Positions 1-7,560 are shown, numbered from the stretch's first letter. The stretch is 24,000 nt of DNA from Actinobacteria bacterium HGW-Actinobacteria-1 (GCA_002841355.1 PHFB01000004.1:13662-37661), one strand, 5' to 3'. A program made the numbers and translations. The notes: generated by a model not told the origin, from the letters alone.

Positions 1-171
1 GAATTCCCAATCGACAATGTCCCTCGTGCCATCACCGGGGACGAAATCCACTCGCGATTCAACGCGGACACGGGTTGGCGTGTCGTCGAGGTCAGGCCGG
101 CGGTGTTCCACAATCGCGTGGCGCAACCGACTCCAGCCATCGTCGCTTGCATCGAGAGGCTCGCGGACTGA
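1..171 (+). CDS. 3' end of a gene cut by the window edge; the tail tentatively resembles class I SAM-dependent methyltransferase C-termini
   Basis: Frame 1 is open from base 1 to TGA 169-171 and reads EFPIDNVPRAITGDEIHSRFNADTGWRVVEVRPAVFHNRVAQPTPAIVACIERLAD. Composition is protein-like, not R-rich. A hairpin follows at 189-207. Confidence 0.4.
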   Translation, partial: EFPIDNVPRAITGDEIHSRFNADTGWRVVEVRPAVFHNRVAQPTPAIVACIERLAD

Positions 172-188
172 CGGGGTGTGCCGAACAA

Positions 189-207
189 GCGCATCCGGCT
201 GATGCAC
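189..207 (+). terminator. Imperfect GC-rich hairpin downstream of the truncated gene
   Basis: GCGCATC-cggct-GATGCAC; 6 of 7 stem positions pair. No U tract. Confidence 0.25.
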
Positions 208-466
208 ACGGGGTAGACCGCCACGGACGGCGTCGGCGCGCAGCTGATGCGCAGATGCGTTAGGTGAGACTGCGAGTGGTCAAGTTCCTGTGCGGGCCGG
301 TCCACCACCCTGGGCGAGGGAAACATCCCTTCGGCGCTGTCGTTGCGATGCTGACCAACAAGTGCTTCCAGCTGACTCACGTAGGCGTTAGGCTGAACTG
401 AGGCCGCTCGTTCGCGGCTGAAGCACAGATGCGTTAGCACAAGCACCGTGAGCGAGGGGGCACTTG

Positions 467-991
467 GTGGAATCGCAGCAACTTTCGGACGGCCTCATGT
501 ACTTGCGTCTCCAGCAGGAAGCTCGAGGCGGAGCTCGGTGGTTCTGGTGGGTGGCAGGGCTGTCTGCCGTAAACACGATCGTGCACGCGGTGGGAGGATC
601 CTGGACCTTCGTCATGGGTCTCGGTCTCACGCAGCTGTTCGATGCGTTCGCGACTGAGTTTGGGGGGCTGGTGTCTGTCGTGGCCCTCGTGCTGGACGTT
701 TGCGTGTTGCTCGCCTTCGTGGTCATAGGCCGGTTCGCGCTGCGCAGCAGGGTGGCGTTTGTCATCGGGATGGTGCTCTATGCGCTCGACGGTCTGCTGC
801 TCTTCGCGTTCCAGGACTTCCTGTCGGTCGCCTTTCATGTGCTCGCACTCGTGTTCATGTTCAAGGGTATGACGTCGCTCAAGCGACTCGAATCGCTGCC
901 CATCCCGCAGGTCTCCATGGAAGCGGCGAGCCAACCAGTCGTGCTGACTCCAGTTCCGGAAACCGCAGAGGACTACTTCGACGTCAACTAG
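467..991 (+). CDS. Hypothetical polytopic membrane protein
   Basis: ORF track 464..991. GAGGGGG at 454-460 sits 6 nt before GTG 467. Several hydrophobic helices (WFWWVAGLSAVNTIV, LVSVVALVLDVCVLLAFVVIG, VIGMVLYALDGLLLFAF, LSVAFHVLALVFMF). No family recognised. Confidence 0.6.
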   Translation: MESQQLSDGLMYLRLQQEARGGARWFWWVAGLSAVNTIVHAVGGSWTFVMGLGLTQLFDAFATEFGGLVSVVALVLDVCVLLAFVVIGRFALRSRVAFVIGMVLYALDGLLLFAFQDFLSVAFHVLALVFMFKGMTSLKRLESLPIPQVSMEAASQPVVLTPVPETAEDYFDVN

Positions 992-1112
992 GGTGCGGGG
1001 ACGTGCTAACACGCGCATCCAGCAGGCGCGCCAAAGAATACGCTACGAAGTGATGGTATTGACGCGTAGCTGATGCGCGAATGCGCATGGCAAGCGCAGC
1101 ATGGGGGATAGC

Positions 1113-1748
1113 ATGCGCTCCAAGAGAGTCCTGATCGCGGTCGTCGTGCTTGCAGCCGCTGCGGTGCTCGTCGCCGTCGGCCTGATTGTGCTCACCGCAC
1201 GTGTCCGCAGCGAGGTCTCGGCCTCGCCTCCGAACTGGGATGTCTCCGCGACACCGTCCGCCGTAGAGATAGTGTGGGGCGAAGGCGCATACGGCGTCTG
1301 GCTTGATTGTGACGTGACTGTGCGTTCGATAGAGGTGCCTTCGTTCGTCCAACTGACGGATGACGGGGCGTTCCTGGGGTGGCGCGAGCCCGTGATGGGA
1401 GGCATCCACGACTGGAGACTCTTCGACGATTTGGACGGTTGGGATCCTGCGCTGAGGCGCAACTTCCTCAAGTACTTCTCGGCGCGTGGTAATCCCTCGA
1501 TCATGCGCGTTGACTGGCTTGGAGCCCCGGTTGCTTTCGATCAGCCGACGCTGGACGACGAACTGTACAAGCTTGCACAGCATGCTGATGTAAGCCGTGA
1601 CCGGCTGGTCGTCGTCAGTATCTACTCGCCCGAGACCGGTGACGTTCACGATGAGTTGATCGGCGCAGCCGATGCGACCGGTGGATTCGTCAAGCTGGCT
1701 GACCTGGTGGAGACGGACGCAGGCTACGAAATCGACCCTGGGCGATGA
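1113..1748 (+). CDS. Hypothetical protein with an N-terminal membrane anchor
   Basis: ORF 1101..1748. GGGGGA lies 5 nt before ATG 1113. MRSKRVLIAVVVLAAAAVLVAVGLIVL is a signal-anchor helix followed by an acidic soluble domain. No family recognised. Confidence 0.6.
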   Translation: MRSKRVLIAVVVLAAAAVLVAVGLIVLTARVRSEVSASPPNWDVSATPSAVEIVWGEGAYGVWLDCDVTVRSIEVPSFVQLTDDGAFLGWREPVMGGIHDWRLFDDLDGWDPALRRNFLKYFSARGNPSIMRVDWLGAPVAFDQPTLDDELYKLAQHADVSRDRLVVVSIYSPETGDVHDELIGAADATGGFVKLADLVETDAGYEIDPGR

Positions 1749-1836
1749 TGTAGTGTGTCCAGTCGATGATCAGGAGCGCCAAAGTGAAGTGAGGCGCTGA
1801 GCCGCTGCTCAAGCGCAGGAGCGTCTAGACGGAGGA

Positions 1837-2742
1837 ATGCAGGACTTGGACGGAGCGACGCGCCCGACAGATCCGCACGACACAGGTGGTCGACTGTCCC
1901 GGCTGCATCCTGCCGTGCTTGGAGCGCTATGGCGGTGCGGTCGAGTCGGCGGGCGTGAGGCAACCGCGACCATACTCCGCCTGATCTCTCTTGGATTCCT
2001 AGTGGCGGATCCGATCACGGTCGAGCGTGCGTCCGGGGGCAGAACCGTCTCTCGCGTCGTGGTGGGCCTGAGGCTCGTCGAAGGACGCGCAACCGCGCAT
2101 CATGCGAACGGAGCGAAGTTGATACGTCAGGGGCATATCGACGGTCTCTGCCGCATCGACCGGGAGCTGCTCTCGATCCTTTTCGACGGCGTCGTGCACT
2201 CGGATCGGGTGACTATCCCGCAGATCGACGATTTCTCGGCACGCCACCCTTACGCGTACTGGACGGCCATCACGAAGTGGCGCCGCTTGGTGCGCGACGA
2301 GGCGCGGTCAATTCAGCTGGGGCGGGAGGGCGAGCATCGAATCAGCCGAGGCGAGCTCCGTCGTCTTAAGTCCCAGGTTCGTGACCAGCTTGCGGCGGGG
2401 AAGGCATCCGGTCGCCTTGGTGCGCTCGGCGTCGTGTTCGGGCTGAGTCGCGAACTTGCCTCAGCTCTTTCCCTGCCCAAGGGAAGCGAGGTAGGCTCAT
2501 CGCCTTCGTCCGGTGCCGATTCGTGGGTGTGGCTGTTTGGCGGCGCGGGGCATGCTCGAGCGATGGGAACCGCACTCTCTCCGTACTACTCATCCGGCTT
2601 CGCTCCGGTCCAGACGGTAGGCCTGACACCGCCCAGCCACAGTGTGGGCGGAATCGGGATGTCGTCGGGTGGAGGCGCCGGTGGCGGGTTCAGCGGAGGC
2701 GGCGGCGCAGGCGGAGGTGGTGGCGGGGGTGGCGCGGGATGA
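1837..2742 (+). CDS. DUF2207-like protein (C-terminal portion only) with a poly-glycine tail
   Basis: LHPAVLGALW...REATATILRLISLGFL resembles the post-TM segment of DUF2207 proteins, and the tail SSGGGAGGGFSGGGGAGGGGGGGGAG is the typical DUF2207 ending. TTG 1846 (9 nt after GGAGGA) is an alternative start. No ectodomain and no clear TM helices. Confidence 0.55.
   Translation: MQDLDGATRPTDPHDTGGRLSRLHPAVLGALWRCGRVGGREATATILRLISLGFLVADPITVERASGGRTVSRVVVGLRLVEGRATAHHANGAKLIRQGHIDGLCRIDRELLSILFDGVVHSDRVTIPQIDDFSARHPYAYWTAITKWRRLVRDEARSIQLGREGEHRISRGELRRLKSQVRDQLAAGKASGRLGALGVVFGLSRELASALSLPKGSEVGSSPSSGADSWVWLFGGAGHARAMGTALSPYYSSGFAPVQTVGLTPPSHSVGGIGMSSGGGAGGGFSGGGGAGGGGGGGGAG
2661..2739 (+). repeat. 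Low-complexity GGN-codon tract encoding the Gly tail of the preceding CDS
   Basis: Run of ggt/gga/ggc/ggg codons read directly from the sequence. Its complement creates a poly-Pro antisense ORF. Confidence 0.8.
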
Positions 2743-2756
2743 TAGTCACCCTCCGT

Positions 2757-2781
2757 CGCATAGGCGCATTCCGCCGATGCG
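2757..2781 (+). terminator. Hairpin 15 nt after the stop of the DUF2207-like gene
   Basis: CGCAT-a-GGCG-cattc-CGCC-g-ATGCG; 9 bp with one internal mismatch and a 5-nt loop. No U tract. Confidence 0.3.
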
Positions 2782-2869
2782 TAGGAGTCGTCAGCCCGAC
2801 GGAGAAGTCTGTGGTGCGGCCGATCTGCGAACTCGTCGGGTGTCATCGGAAGATTCGTGGGGAGTATCA

Positions 2870-3253
2870 GTGACTGAAGCGAGCGATGCAACCCCGATAC
2901 CGCATGCCTTCGGGCGTTTCCCGCTCAATATAGGCGCAGGCACCCTGCCTTTCATCTGGGGTCTCGTCCACGGCGTGAGCACGGGTGTCTGGGTGCAGGT
3001 CGTAGGCGCGTTTCTCTGGCTCGGAGGCATTATCGCTCGGAAGCAATCGGCACCGGTGCTCGTGATTCTAGGCTGGGCGCTTGCGGGGTTGTGCATCGCC
3101 TTGAACCTCTGGTTCGCCTTCGTAGCCGATCGGCTCGCGTGGGTGGCGCATCCCGAGCGCGACGTCGGTGACTACGTGAAGGCTCAGCGCACGTGGGCCG
3201 TCCTGGCGCCACTCTGGGCGGTGTTCGTTGTGATGTACCGCTCGGACCTCTGA
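2870..3253 (+). CDS. Small hypothetical membrane protein (about 127 aa)
   Basis: In frame with ORF 2642..3253. GGGGAG at 2859-2864 precedes GTG 2870. Four hydrophobic segments (LPFIWGLVHGV, VQVVGAFLWLGGII, VLVILGWALAGLCIALNLWFAFV, WAVLAPLWAVFVVM). Confidence 0.55.
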   Translation: MTEASDATPIPHAFGRFPLNIGAGTLPFIWGLVHGVSTGVWVQVVGAFLWLGGIIARKQSAPVLVILGWALAGLCIALNLWFAFVADRLAWVAHPERDVGDYVKAQRTWAVLAPLWAVFVVMYRSDL

Positions 3254-3290
3254 GGTCTTGGCTAGCACGCGCAACCGGCAATCGCGGTAA

Positions 3291-3300
3291 GCGCTAGACT
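3291..3300 (+). promoter_or_regulatory. Putative -10 region, GCGCTAGACT box
   Basis: Exact 10-mer shared with 4215 and 22260. TAGACT fits the actinobacterial TANNNT -10. Lies about 60 nt upstream of the DUF2510 gene start. Confidence 0.4.
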
Positions 3301-3361
3301 GGTGGAAGAATGTGGGCGCTGCTGACGCGCTCACACACCACGCGGACATCGGTTGGAGCGA

Positions 3362-3982
3362 ATGGACAAGCTACCCGACCCTGGAGCGCTCATCGACGAG
3401 AAGCGCCGGGAACATGAAGCTACACAAGACAAGCTGACGCAGACTGCAGCGGAGAACATGCGGCTGTTCGCTGAGTACGCCACCAAGATCGCCGAGATCG
3501 GTGTGACGCCCGGTGTCTGGAAGGTTGGCGATGGCGCGCGGCCGAACGCTGACGACTCGGAGTGTACGGTTCGCGCAATCACCGTTTGCGGTCTGAACGT
3601 GCAGGAGTTCGTCGGATGGGTCGTGATCGCGGAGTACCACGGCATGCCCGAGTCTCGAGCACTGCATCTTGACGTCCGTGGAGTGCCGTATGTGAGGCGA
3701 GTGCAAGGGATCCCGGACCAGTACTCATCTCGCGTGCGGTATGTGTACACTCCCGCAACCACCGAGGACGTCGGCACCATCCTCAACCTGCAGGCGACGC
3801 TCGCCACGTTGCTCGAGTGCGCGGCATCGGAGATGGCGGGTCGCAACTCCAGCCCCGAATCCGTCGTCCCTGCCGCGTGGCACCCGGACCCGGCCGGTCG
3901 CCATGAGATGCGCTACTGGGACGGACGCAGTTGGACCTCCCATATATGCGACAACGGCGCAGTCGGGATCGATCAGCTCTAG
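3362..3982 (+). CDS. DUF2510 domain-containing protein with an unknown N-terminal domain
   Basis: ORF 3353..3982, with ATG 3362 after GGAG. The C-terminus AAWHPDPAGRHEMRYWDGRSWTSH matches the DUF2510 W-x-PDP-x-G-x4-RYWDG-x2-WT signature. Confidence 0.65.
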   Translation: MDKLPDPGALIDEKRREHEATQDKLTQTAAENMRLFAEYATKIAEIGVTPGVWKVGDGARPNADDSECTVRAITVCGLNVQEFVGWVVIAEYHGMPESRALHLDVRGVPYVRRVQGIPDQYSSRVRYVYTPATTEDVGTILNLQATLATLLECAASEMAGRNSSPESVVPAAWHPDPAGRHEMRYWDGRSWTSHICDNGAVGIDQL

Positions 3983-4214
3983 GGGTGCGCACGATCAACA
4001 CGCGCTTCGAGCAGATGGCTTGCACGAGGCGCTGCAGGTCGAGTCGTGGAGTTCGCCTATCTCGGCTCGAAGGAATCACTGCTCAGGCTCGCACTGTTGG
4101 TGGAGCCCGAGATCCCAGACTAGCACCCAGCCCGGGTCCGGACCGATCTCCATACGCCATCCGCCTTCTGCGTCTTTGGGCTCCACGCTCTTCTCGCCGA
4201 TGTACCCGTTGGGA

Positions 4215-4224
4215 GCGCTAGACT
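4215..4224 (+). promoter_or_regulatory. Putative -10 region, GCGCTAGACT box
   Basis: Exact copy of the 10-mer, 69 nt upstream of the GNAT ATG at 4293. Confidence 0.4.
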
Positions 4225-4292
4225 TGTCGAAGCGCACCCGCGTAGCCGTTGGCCGAACACGCGAACCGAGCGTACTTGGAGTGAAGTCACCG

Positions 4293-4865
4293 ATGCCAGC
4301 CGTCCCCATCACCATCCGCACCGCCTCTCTCGAGGACGCGCCGCTTCTGGCAGACCTCGGGGCCCGGACGTTCGCCGACACATTCGCCGCCGACAACACT
4401 GCCGAGGACATGGCGGACTACCTTGCACGGTCATTTGGCGTGGACATCCAGGCACGCGAATTGTCTGACGATGCGGCACTTGTCTTCATCGCCGAGGTTG
4501 CTGGCGTCGCCGCTGGCTACGCCCGGTTGAGGTTTGGCGCGACGCTCGACTGCATCCCGGGGGCTCGCCCGGTCGAGATCCACCGGATCTACGCTGATGC
4601 GCCCTGGATCGGCAAAGGTGTGGGCGCCGCGCTCATGCAAGCGTGCCTTGCCGAGGCGACCCGGTGCGAATGCGACACGATCTGGCTCGACGTGTGGGAG
4701 CGAAATCCACGGGCGATCGCCTTCTACGCCAGATGGGGTTTTGAGGTCGTTGGAGCACAGGAGTTCGTCTTGGGCGACGATGTGCAACACGATCTGGTGA
4801 TGGCCAGGGGCGCGGCCGGCGGCTCGACGGACGCTCCGCCCCCGCTAGAGCATCCTGATCGGTGA
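4293..4865 (+). CDS. GNAT family N-acetyltransferase
   Basis: In frame with ORF 3741..4865. ATG 4293 begins MPAVPITIRTASLEDAPLLADLGARTF. Acetyl-CoA loop IGKGVGAALM and ERNPRAIAFYARWGFEVVG are typical GNAT motifs A and B. The upstream part of the track ORF is S/R-rich junk. Confidence 0.85.
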   Translation: MPAVPITIRTASLEDAPLLADLGARTFADTFAADNTAEDMADYLARSFGVDIQARELSDDAALVFIAEVAGVAAGYARLRFGATLDCIPGARPVEIHRIYADAPWIGKGVGAALMQACLAEATRCECDTIWLDVWERNPRAIAFYARWGFEVVGAQEFVLGDDVQHDLVMARGAAGGSTDAPPPLEHPDR

Positions 4866-4986
4866 ACCGTTCTGGCGGCGGCCGGCATCTGGGCGGAGCA
4901 GATCGTGGGCGCTCTCCCACAGCACGTACGGATGACGAGGAGCCGAGCGCGCATGCCTCGCTCGGTGAGTGCTATGGTCTCAGGGG

Positions 4987-4996
4987 GCGCTAATCT
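4987..4996 (+). promoter_or_regulatory. Putative -10 region, GCGCTAATCT variant of the box
   Basis: GCGC + TAATCT, 56 nt upstream of the lipoprotein ATG at 5052. Confidence 0.35.
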
Positions 4997-5051
4997 GCAT
5001 TTGCTTTCCGCATGGCGCCGAATCGAAGTCGGGGTACGGGGAGGAAGCGCA

Positions 5052-5465
5052 ATGAATAACGCAATGAGAAGGGTCCTCACAGCTCTTGTTCTGCTCGCCC
5101 TGGCGGGTTCCCTTGCTGGCTGTGACGCCCTTCTTGAACCCTCGAAGAAGGCTCTGAGTCCTGAGGAGAAGGCGCACGCGGATCTCAAGTACTGGGCCGA
5201 GCGGCAGTACAAAGAGGAGTCTGCAATCTCCCTTGAAGAGCAGAATGAGTACAACACCATGGATGTCGTCTCCGTGAACAACGCCACCGGCGAGAGCCAT
5301 GAGGTTATGGCTCAAATGATCCTGAAGGGCAGCGGCGCGGACTCGAACCTTGATTCGTACAGCAAGGTGCAGCTTGTGGAAGTGCGACTTCCAAACGGCG
5401 AGGTCAAGACTGCAGTCAGAACCGAATCGAAGGCCAAAGGCGTCGAGTTCCACTTCCCGGAGTAG
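5052..5465 (+). CDS. Hypothetical lipoprotein
   Basis: In frame with ORF 4905..5465. GGGGAGGAAG lies just upstream of ATG 5052. MNNAMRRVLTALVLLALAGSLAGC is a signal peptide with the lipobox LAGC. The mature part is K/E-rich. GC is lower than the surroundings. Confidence 0.7.
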   Translation: MNNAMRRVLTALVLLALAGSLAGCDALLEPSKKALSPEEKAHADLKYWAERQYKEESAISLEEQNEYNTMDVVSVNNATGESHEVMAQMILKGSGADSNLDSYSKVQLVEVRLPNGEVKTAVRTESKAKGVEFHFPE

Positions 5466-5562
5466 ACAGAACTCGCCGATCTTGGCGTGCGGTAGCGATC
5501 TCGCAGATTGCCGAATGGCTTGGCGCGAGGGTCGGTCACGCCGTGACTAGGGGGTGATCTCG

Positions 5563-6168
5563 ATGGAGCGTATCGTGTCTCGCGTTGTACTTGGTGCTAT
5601 CGCTCCAGTCAGCATGTTCTTGGCGGGGTGGTGGGGGACGTTGGCGTTGCTCGGCGACTCCCCGCTGATTCCGTGGATGGCACTTGGCGGCCTCGTGGGC
5701 GGTCTTGTGCTCGATGTGACCGTGCTTCGCGCCCGGCTGGACTCGCTCTACGGCATGTCCCCGGCGTCGCAGGCCATCGTCGCGTTGTTCTACGCGGTGA
5801 TGATCTACGGCTTCTTCATGGGACTGCCGGTTCCGCTGCTGCTGGTCAGTCTGGGCTGGGGCTTTGCCGCTGTCCGTGCGAGCGGGTCGTTCGATGTTCG
5901 CGCGCGGCGTGCCGATCTCGCTGCCAGGGGCTCCGCGGCACTCATGTTCGTGGCATGCGCGGCTACTGCGTGGCTGGCGTTTCGCGAGCCGTCGATCGCC
6001 TCGCAGGTGCGCGGCATGCTCGGGCTATCGTTCACGCCAACCATGGCCGCGCTTGCGGTTGGGTCGCTGGTGGGTGGCGCGATGCTCGTCGGGCTGGCGT
6101 ACGCCGTTCCGGTCATCCTCGCTGCGCGGACTCGCGGTCGCGGCGGCAGTGCTCAAGCGGCGCTCTAG
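5563..6168 (+). CDS. Hypothetical polytopic membrane protein
   Basis: ORF 5554..6168. AGGGGG lies about 8 nt before ATG 5563. Six hydrophobic segments. No family recognised. Confidence 0.65.
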   Translation: MERIVSRVVLGAIAPVSMFLAGWWGTLALLGDSPLIPWMALGGLVGGLVLDVTVLRARLDSLYGMSPASQAIVALFYAVMIYGFFMGLPVPLLLVSLGWGFAAVRASGSFDVRARRADLAARGSAALMFVACAATAWLAFREPSIASQVRGMLGLSFTPTMAALAVGSLVGGAMLVGLAYAVPVILAARTRGRGGSAQAAL

Positions 6169-6200
6169 CACGTGCGTGCAACGGCGTCAGGGGAGTAGCT

Positions 6201-6659
6201 TTGACTTCACATTCTGAGCCCGATGTTCGGCTCGTCGCCTCAGATTCGCCGGACTTCGTCGTTCTTGCCTCTCGGCTTGATGCGGAGCTTGAGGAGCGAT
6301 ACCCCGGGCTTGCCGAGGACGCACCGCGTGCGTCGAAGGATCTGGAAGCTATCGTCGCCTACACCGGCGAGACCCCGGTTGGCTGTGGAGCGTTGTGCGA
6401 GCTCGAGTCCGGCGTCGGAGAGGTGACGCGGATGTTCGTGGCTCCCGAGGCCCGGCGACGTGGCGTGGCCCGTCTTGTGCTTGCCGCCCTCGAAGCGAGA
6501 GCCCGTGCTTCGGGGTACTCGGCAGTACGCCTCGGGACAGGCGTTCGTCAACCGGAAGCCCTGGCACTCTACGAGTCACGCGGCTATCGTCGCATTCCGC
6601 TGTTCGGCGAGTACCAGGGCGCCGATCTGTGTGTCTGCTACGAGAAGACGCTAGCGTGA
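6201..6659 (+). CDS. GNAT family N-acetyltransferase
   Basis: In frame with ORF 5628..6659. GGGGAG at 6191-6196 precedes TTG 6201. RMFVAPEARRRGVARLVLAALE (Q/R-x-x-G-x-A loop) and ALALYESRGYRRI are GNAT hallmarks. Confidence 0.85.
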   Translation: MTSHSEPDVRLVASDSPDFVVLASRLDAELEERYPGLAEDAPRASKDLEAIVAYTGETPVGCGALCELESGVGEVTRMFVAPEARRRGVARLVLAALEARARASGYSAVRLGTGVRQPEALALYESRGYRRIPLFGEYQGADLCVCYEKTLA

Positions 6660-6696
6660 CCCCCGCTGCCGAGATACGCCTGCACGGCTGACGCGC

Positions 6697-6780
6697 CTAC
6701 AGCAGTCGCTCGAGCCCATCGAGAATCAGGTGGAGACCGAATTCGAAGACCGCGTCCTCGTCGTGGGGCGTCTCGGCGCC
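6697..6780 (-). pseudogene. Relic of the C-terminal end of a TetR-family repressor (about 27 codons plus stop)
   Basis: The minus-strand frame ending at TAG (6699-6697) reads GAETPHDEDAVFEFGLHLILDGLERLL*. FEFGL-x-LIL-DGLE parallels the TetR C-terminal helix (FLFGLELIICGLEKQL in TetR(B)). Upstream, the frame runs into the I42 gene and becomes R/H-rich nonsense. Confidence 0.35.
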
Positions 6781-6785
6781 CCGCG

Positions 6786-7184
6786 CTACTTCACGGTGAC
6801 GGTGACGGTCCAGGTCTTCTCGGCGGGAACATCCTTCTCCCACGCGCGCCGGTACTCTAGCTTCAAATCGCCCGAGCCAGCGGTTCCGGCCTTGAACGTG
6901 AACGCTTCGGTCCCGCCTGCTCCGACCACACCGGGCTTCGTTTCCGATGCCTCGTAGGTCGACTCCCCGACCTGCGTGAGAGGACCGGCATCGGCAACCG
7001 TCCAGCCAAAACCGGTGGTGGGATTCGAGGGCAGCTTCACCGAAACCTGCTCTCCGGCCGCGACTTCGATCGCGCTGCCGTCATCCTTCTCGGAAAGCGC
7101 GCTTGGGCCTTGCTTTGCGCACCCAGCCAAGACCAGGGCCACGCAGGTCACCACGAACATGCCGATCAACAACTGTCGCCTCAT
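6786..7184 (-). CDS. Chagasin/ICP-type (MEROPS I42) peptidase inhibitor lipoprotein
   Basis: In frame with ORF 6786..7379. GGAGGAGG lies 6 nt upstream of ATG 7184. Lipobox LAGC. LPSNPTTGFGWTV matches the NPTTG-x-x-W chagasin-family motif, in a beta-rich domain of about 110 aa. Confidence 0.8.
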   Translation of the reverse strand: MRRQLLIGMFVVTCVALVLAGCAKQGPSALSEKDDGSAIEVAAGEQVSVKLPSNPTTGFGWTVADAGPLTQVGESTYEASETKPGVVGAGGTEAFTFKAGTAGSGDLKLEYRRAWEKDVPAEKTWTVTVTVK

Positions 7185-7560
7185 CTGGCGCCTCCTCCAT
7201 CGACAGCGTTTCGATCGTTCGACGCCGGGAACCGGCAGGGGGTTCTTGGACCGATGTACCCAGCGCTCGCGGTTGTATGCGTGCGTCACCGGCGCGGCAT
7301 CGCGAGGCGAGCCCCTTCCTGGTGGGAGCGATGCGTGCCGGCACGGCGGCTTCGACGTTCCAGACCGGGTGGCCCGCACGATTCGATAGCGCGCCCTGCC
7401 CGAATCCGCGGGTACGGATGCAGAGGGAGGGGGTTCAGTATGTCCAGGAAGATCACAGTGACAGTTCGCTGCGGAACCACCTCTGCCGGTCGGCGTTCGA
7501 CTGCTGACGCCGATTGGTGCACCAGACCTACGTTCTAGCTAGGACCGAGACGCCAACGCC

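Noticed and set aside
1-6. GAATTC (EcoRI site) exactly at the window start, suggesting a cloning boundary
   Set aside because: Internal GAATTC sites occur at about 6739, 17815 and 18791, so this carries no biological meaning and is probably coincidence.
1113-2742. Idea that 1113..1748 and 1837..2742 are the two halves of one split full-length DUF2207 gene
   Set aside because: The first protein shows no motif I can tie to the DUF2207 N-terminal domain, and the 88-nt gap contains an SD and a start. This is kept only as something to test by alignment.
2586-2891. Proline-rich 101-aa minus-strand ORF (…PAPPPPPPPPAPPPPLNPPPAPPP…)
   Set aside because: It is the mirror image of the GGN-codon tract that encodes the family-typical poly-Gly tail of the DUF2207-like protein on the plus strand. 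It has no SD and no recognisable domain.
4076-4237. Protein-like minus-strand frame (…NGYIGEKSVEPKDAEGGWRMEIGPDPGWVLVWDLG…) in the otherwise empty 310-bp gap 3983-4292
   Set aside because: The only plausible start (GTG 4237) has no SD. Longer versions would overlap the divergent GNAT start, and no family is recognised. It could be a decayed gene remnant, but I cannot support that.
3741-4292. Long N-terminal extensions of ORF-track entries (3741..4865, and likewise 5628..6659, 19981..20895, 13765..14391 and 10033..10791)
   Set aside because: The extended parts are R/S/P-rich and overlap better-supported upstream genes. Internal starts with SD sequences coincide with the beginning of the recognisable domains.
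7185-7440. Considered a riboswitch or 6C-type sRNA in the long untranslated stretch upstream of the I42 gene (two C-rich runs on the minus strand)
   Set aside because: The C-runs are about 190 nt apart, not in paired hairpin loops, and I could recognise no known riboswitch core sequence. The evidence is insufficient.
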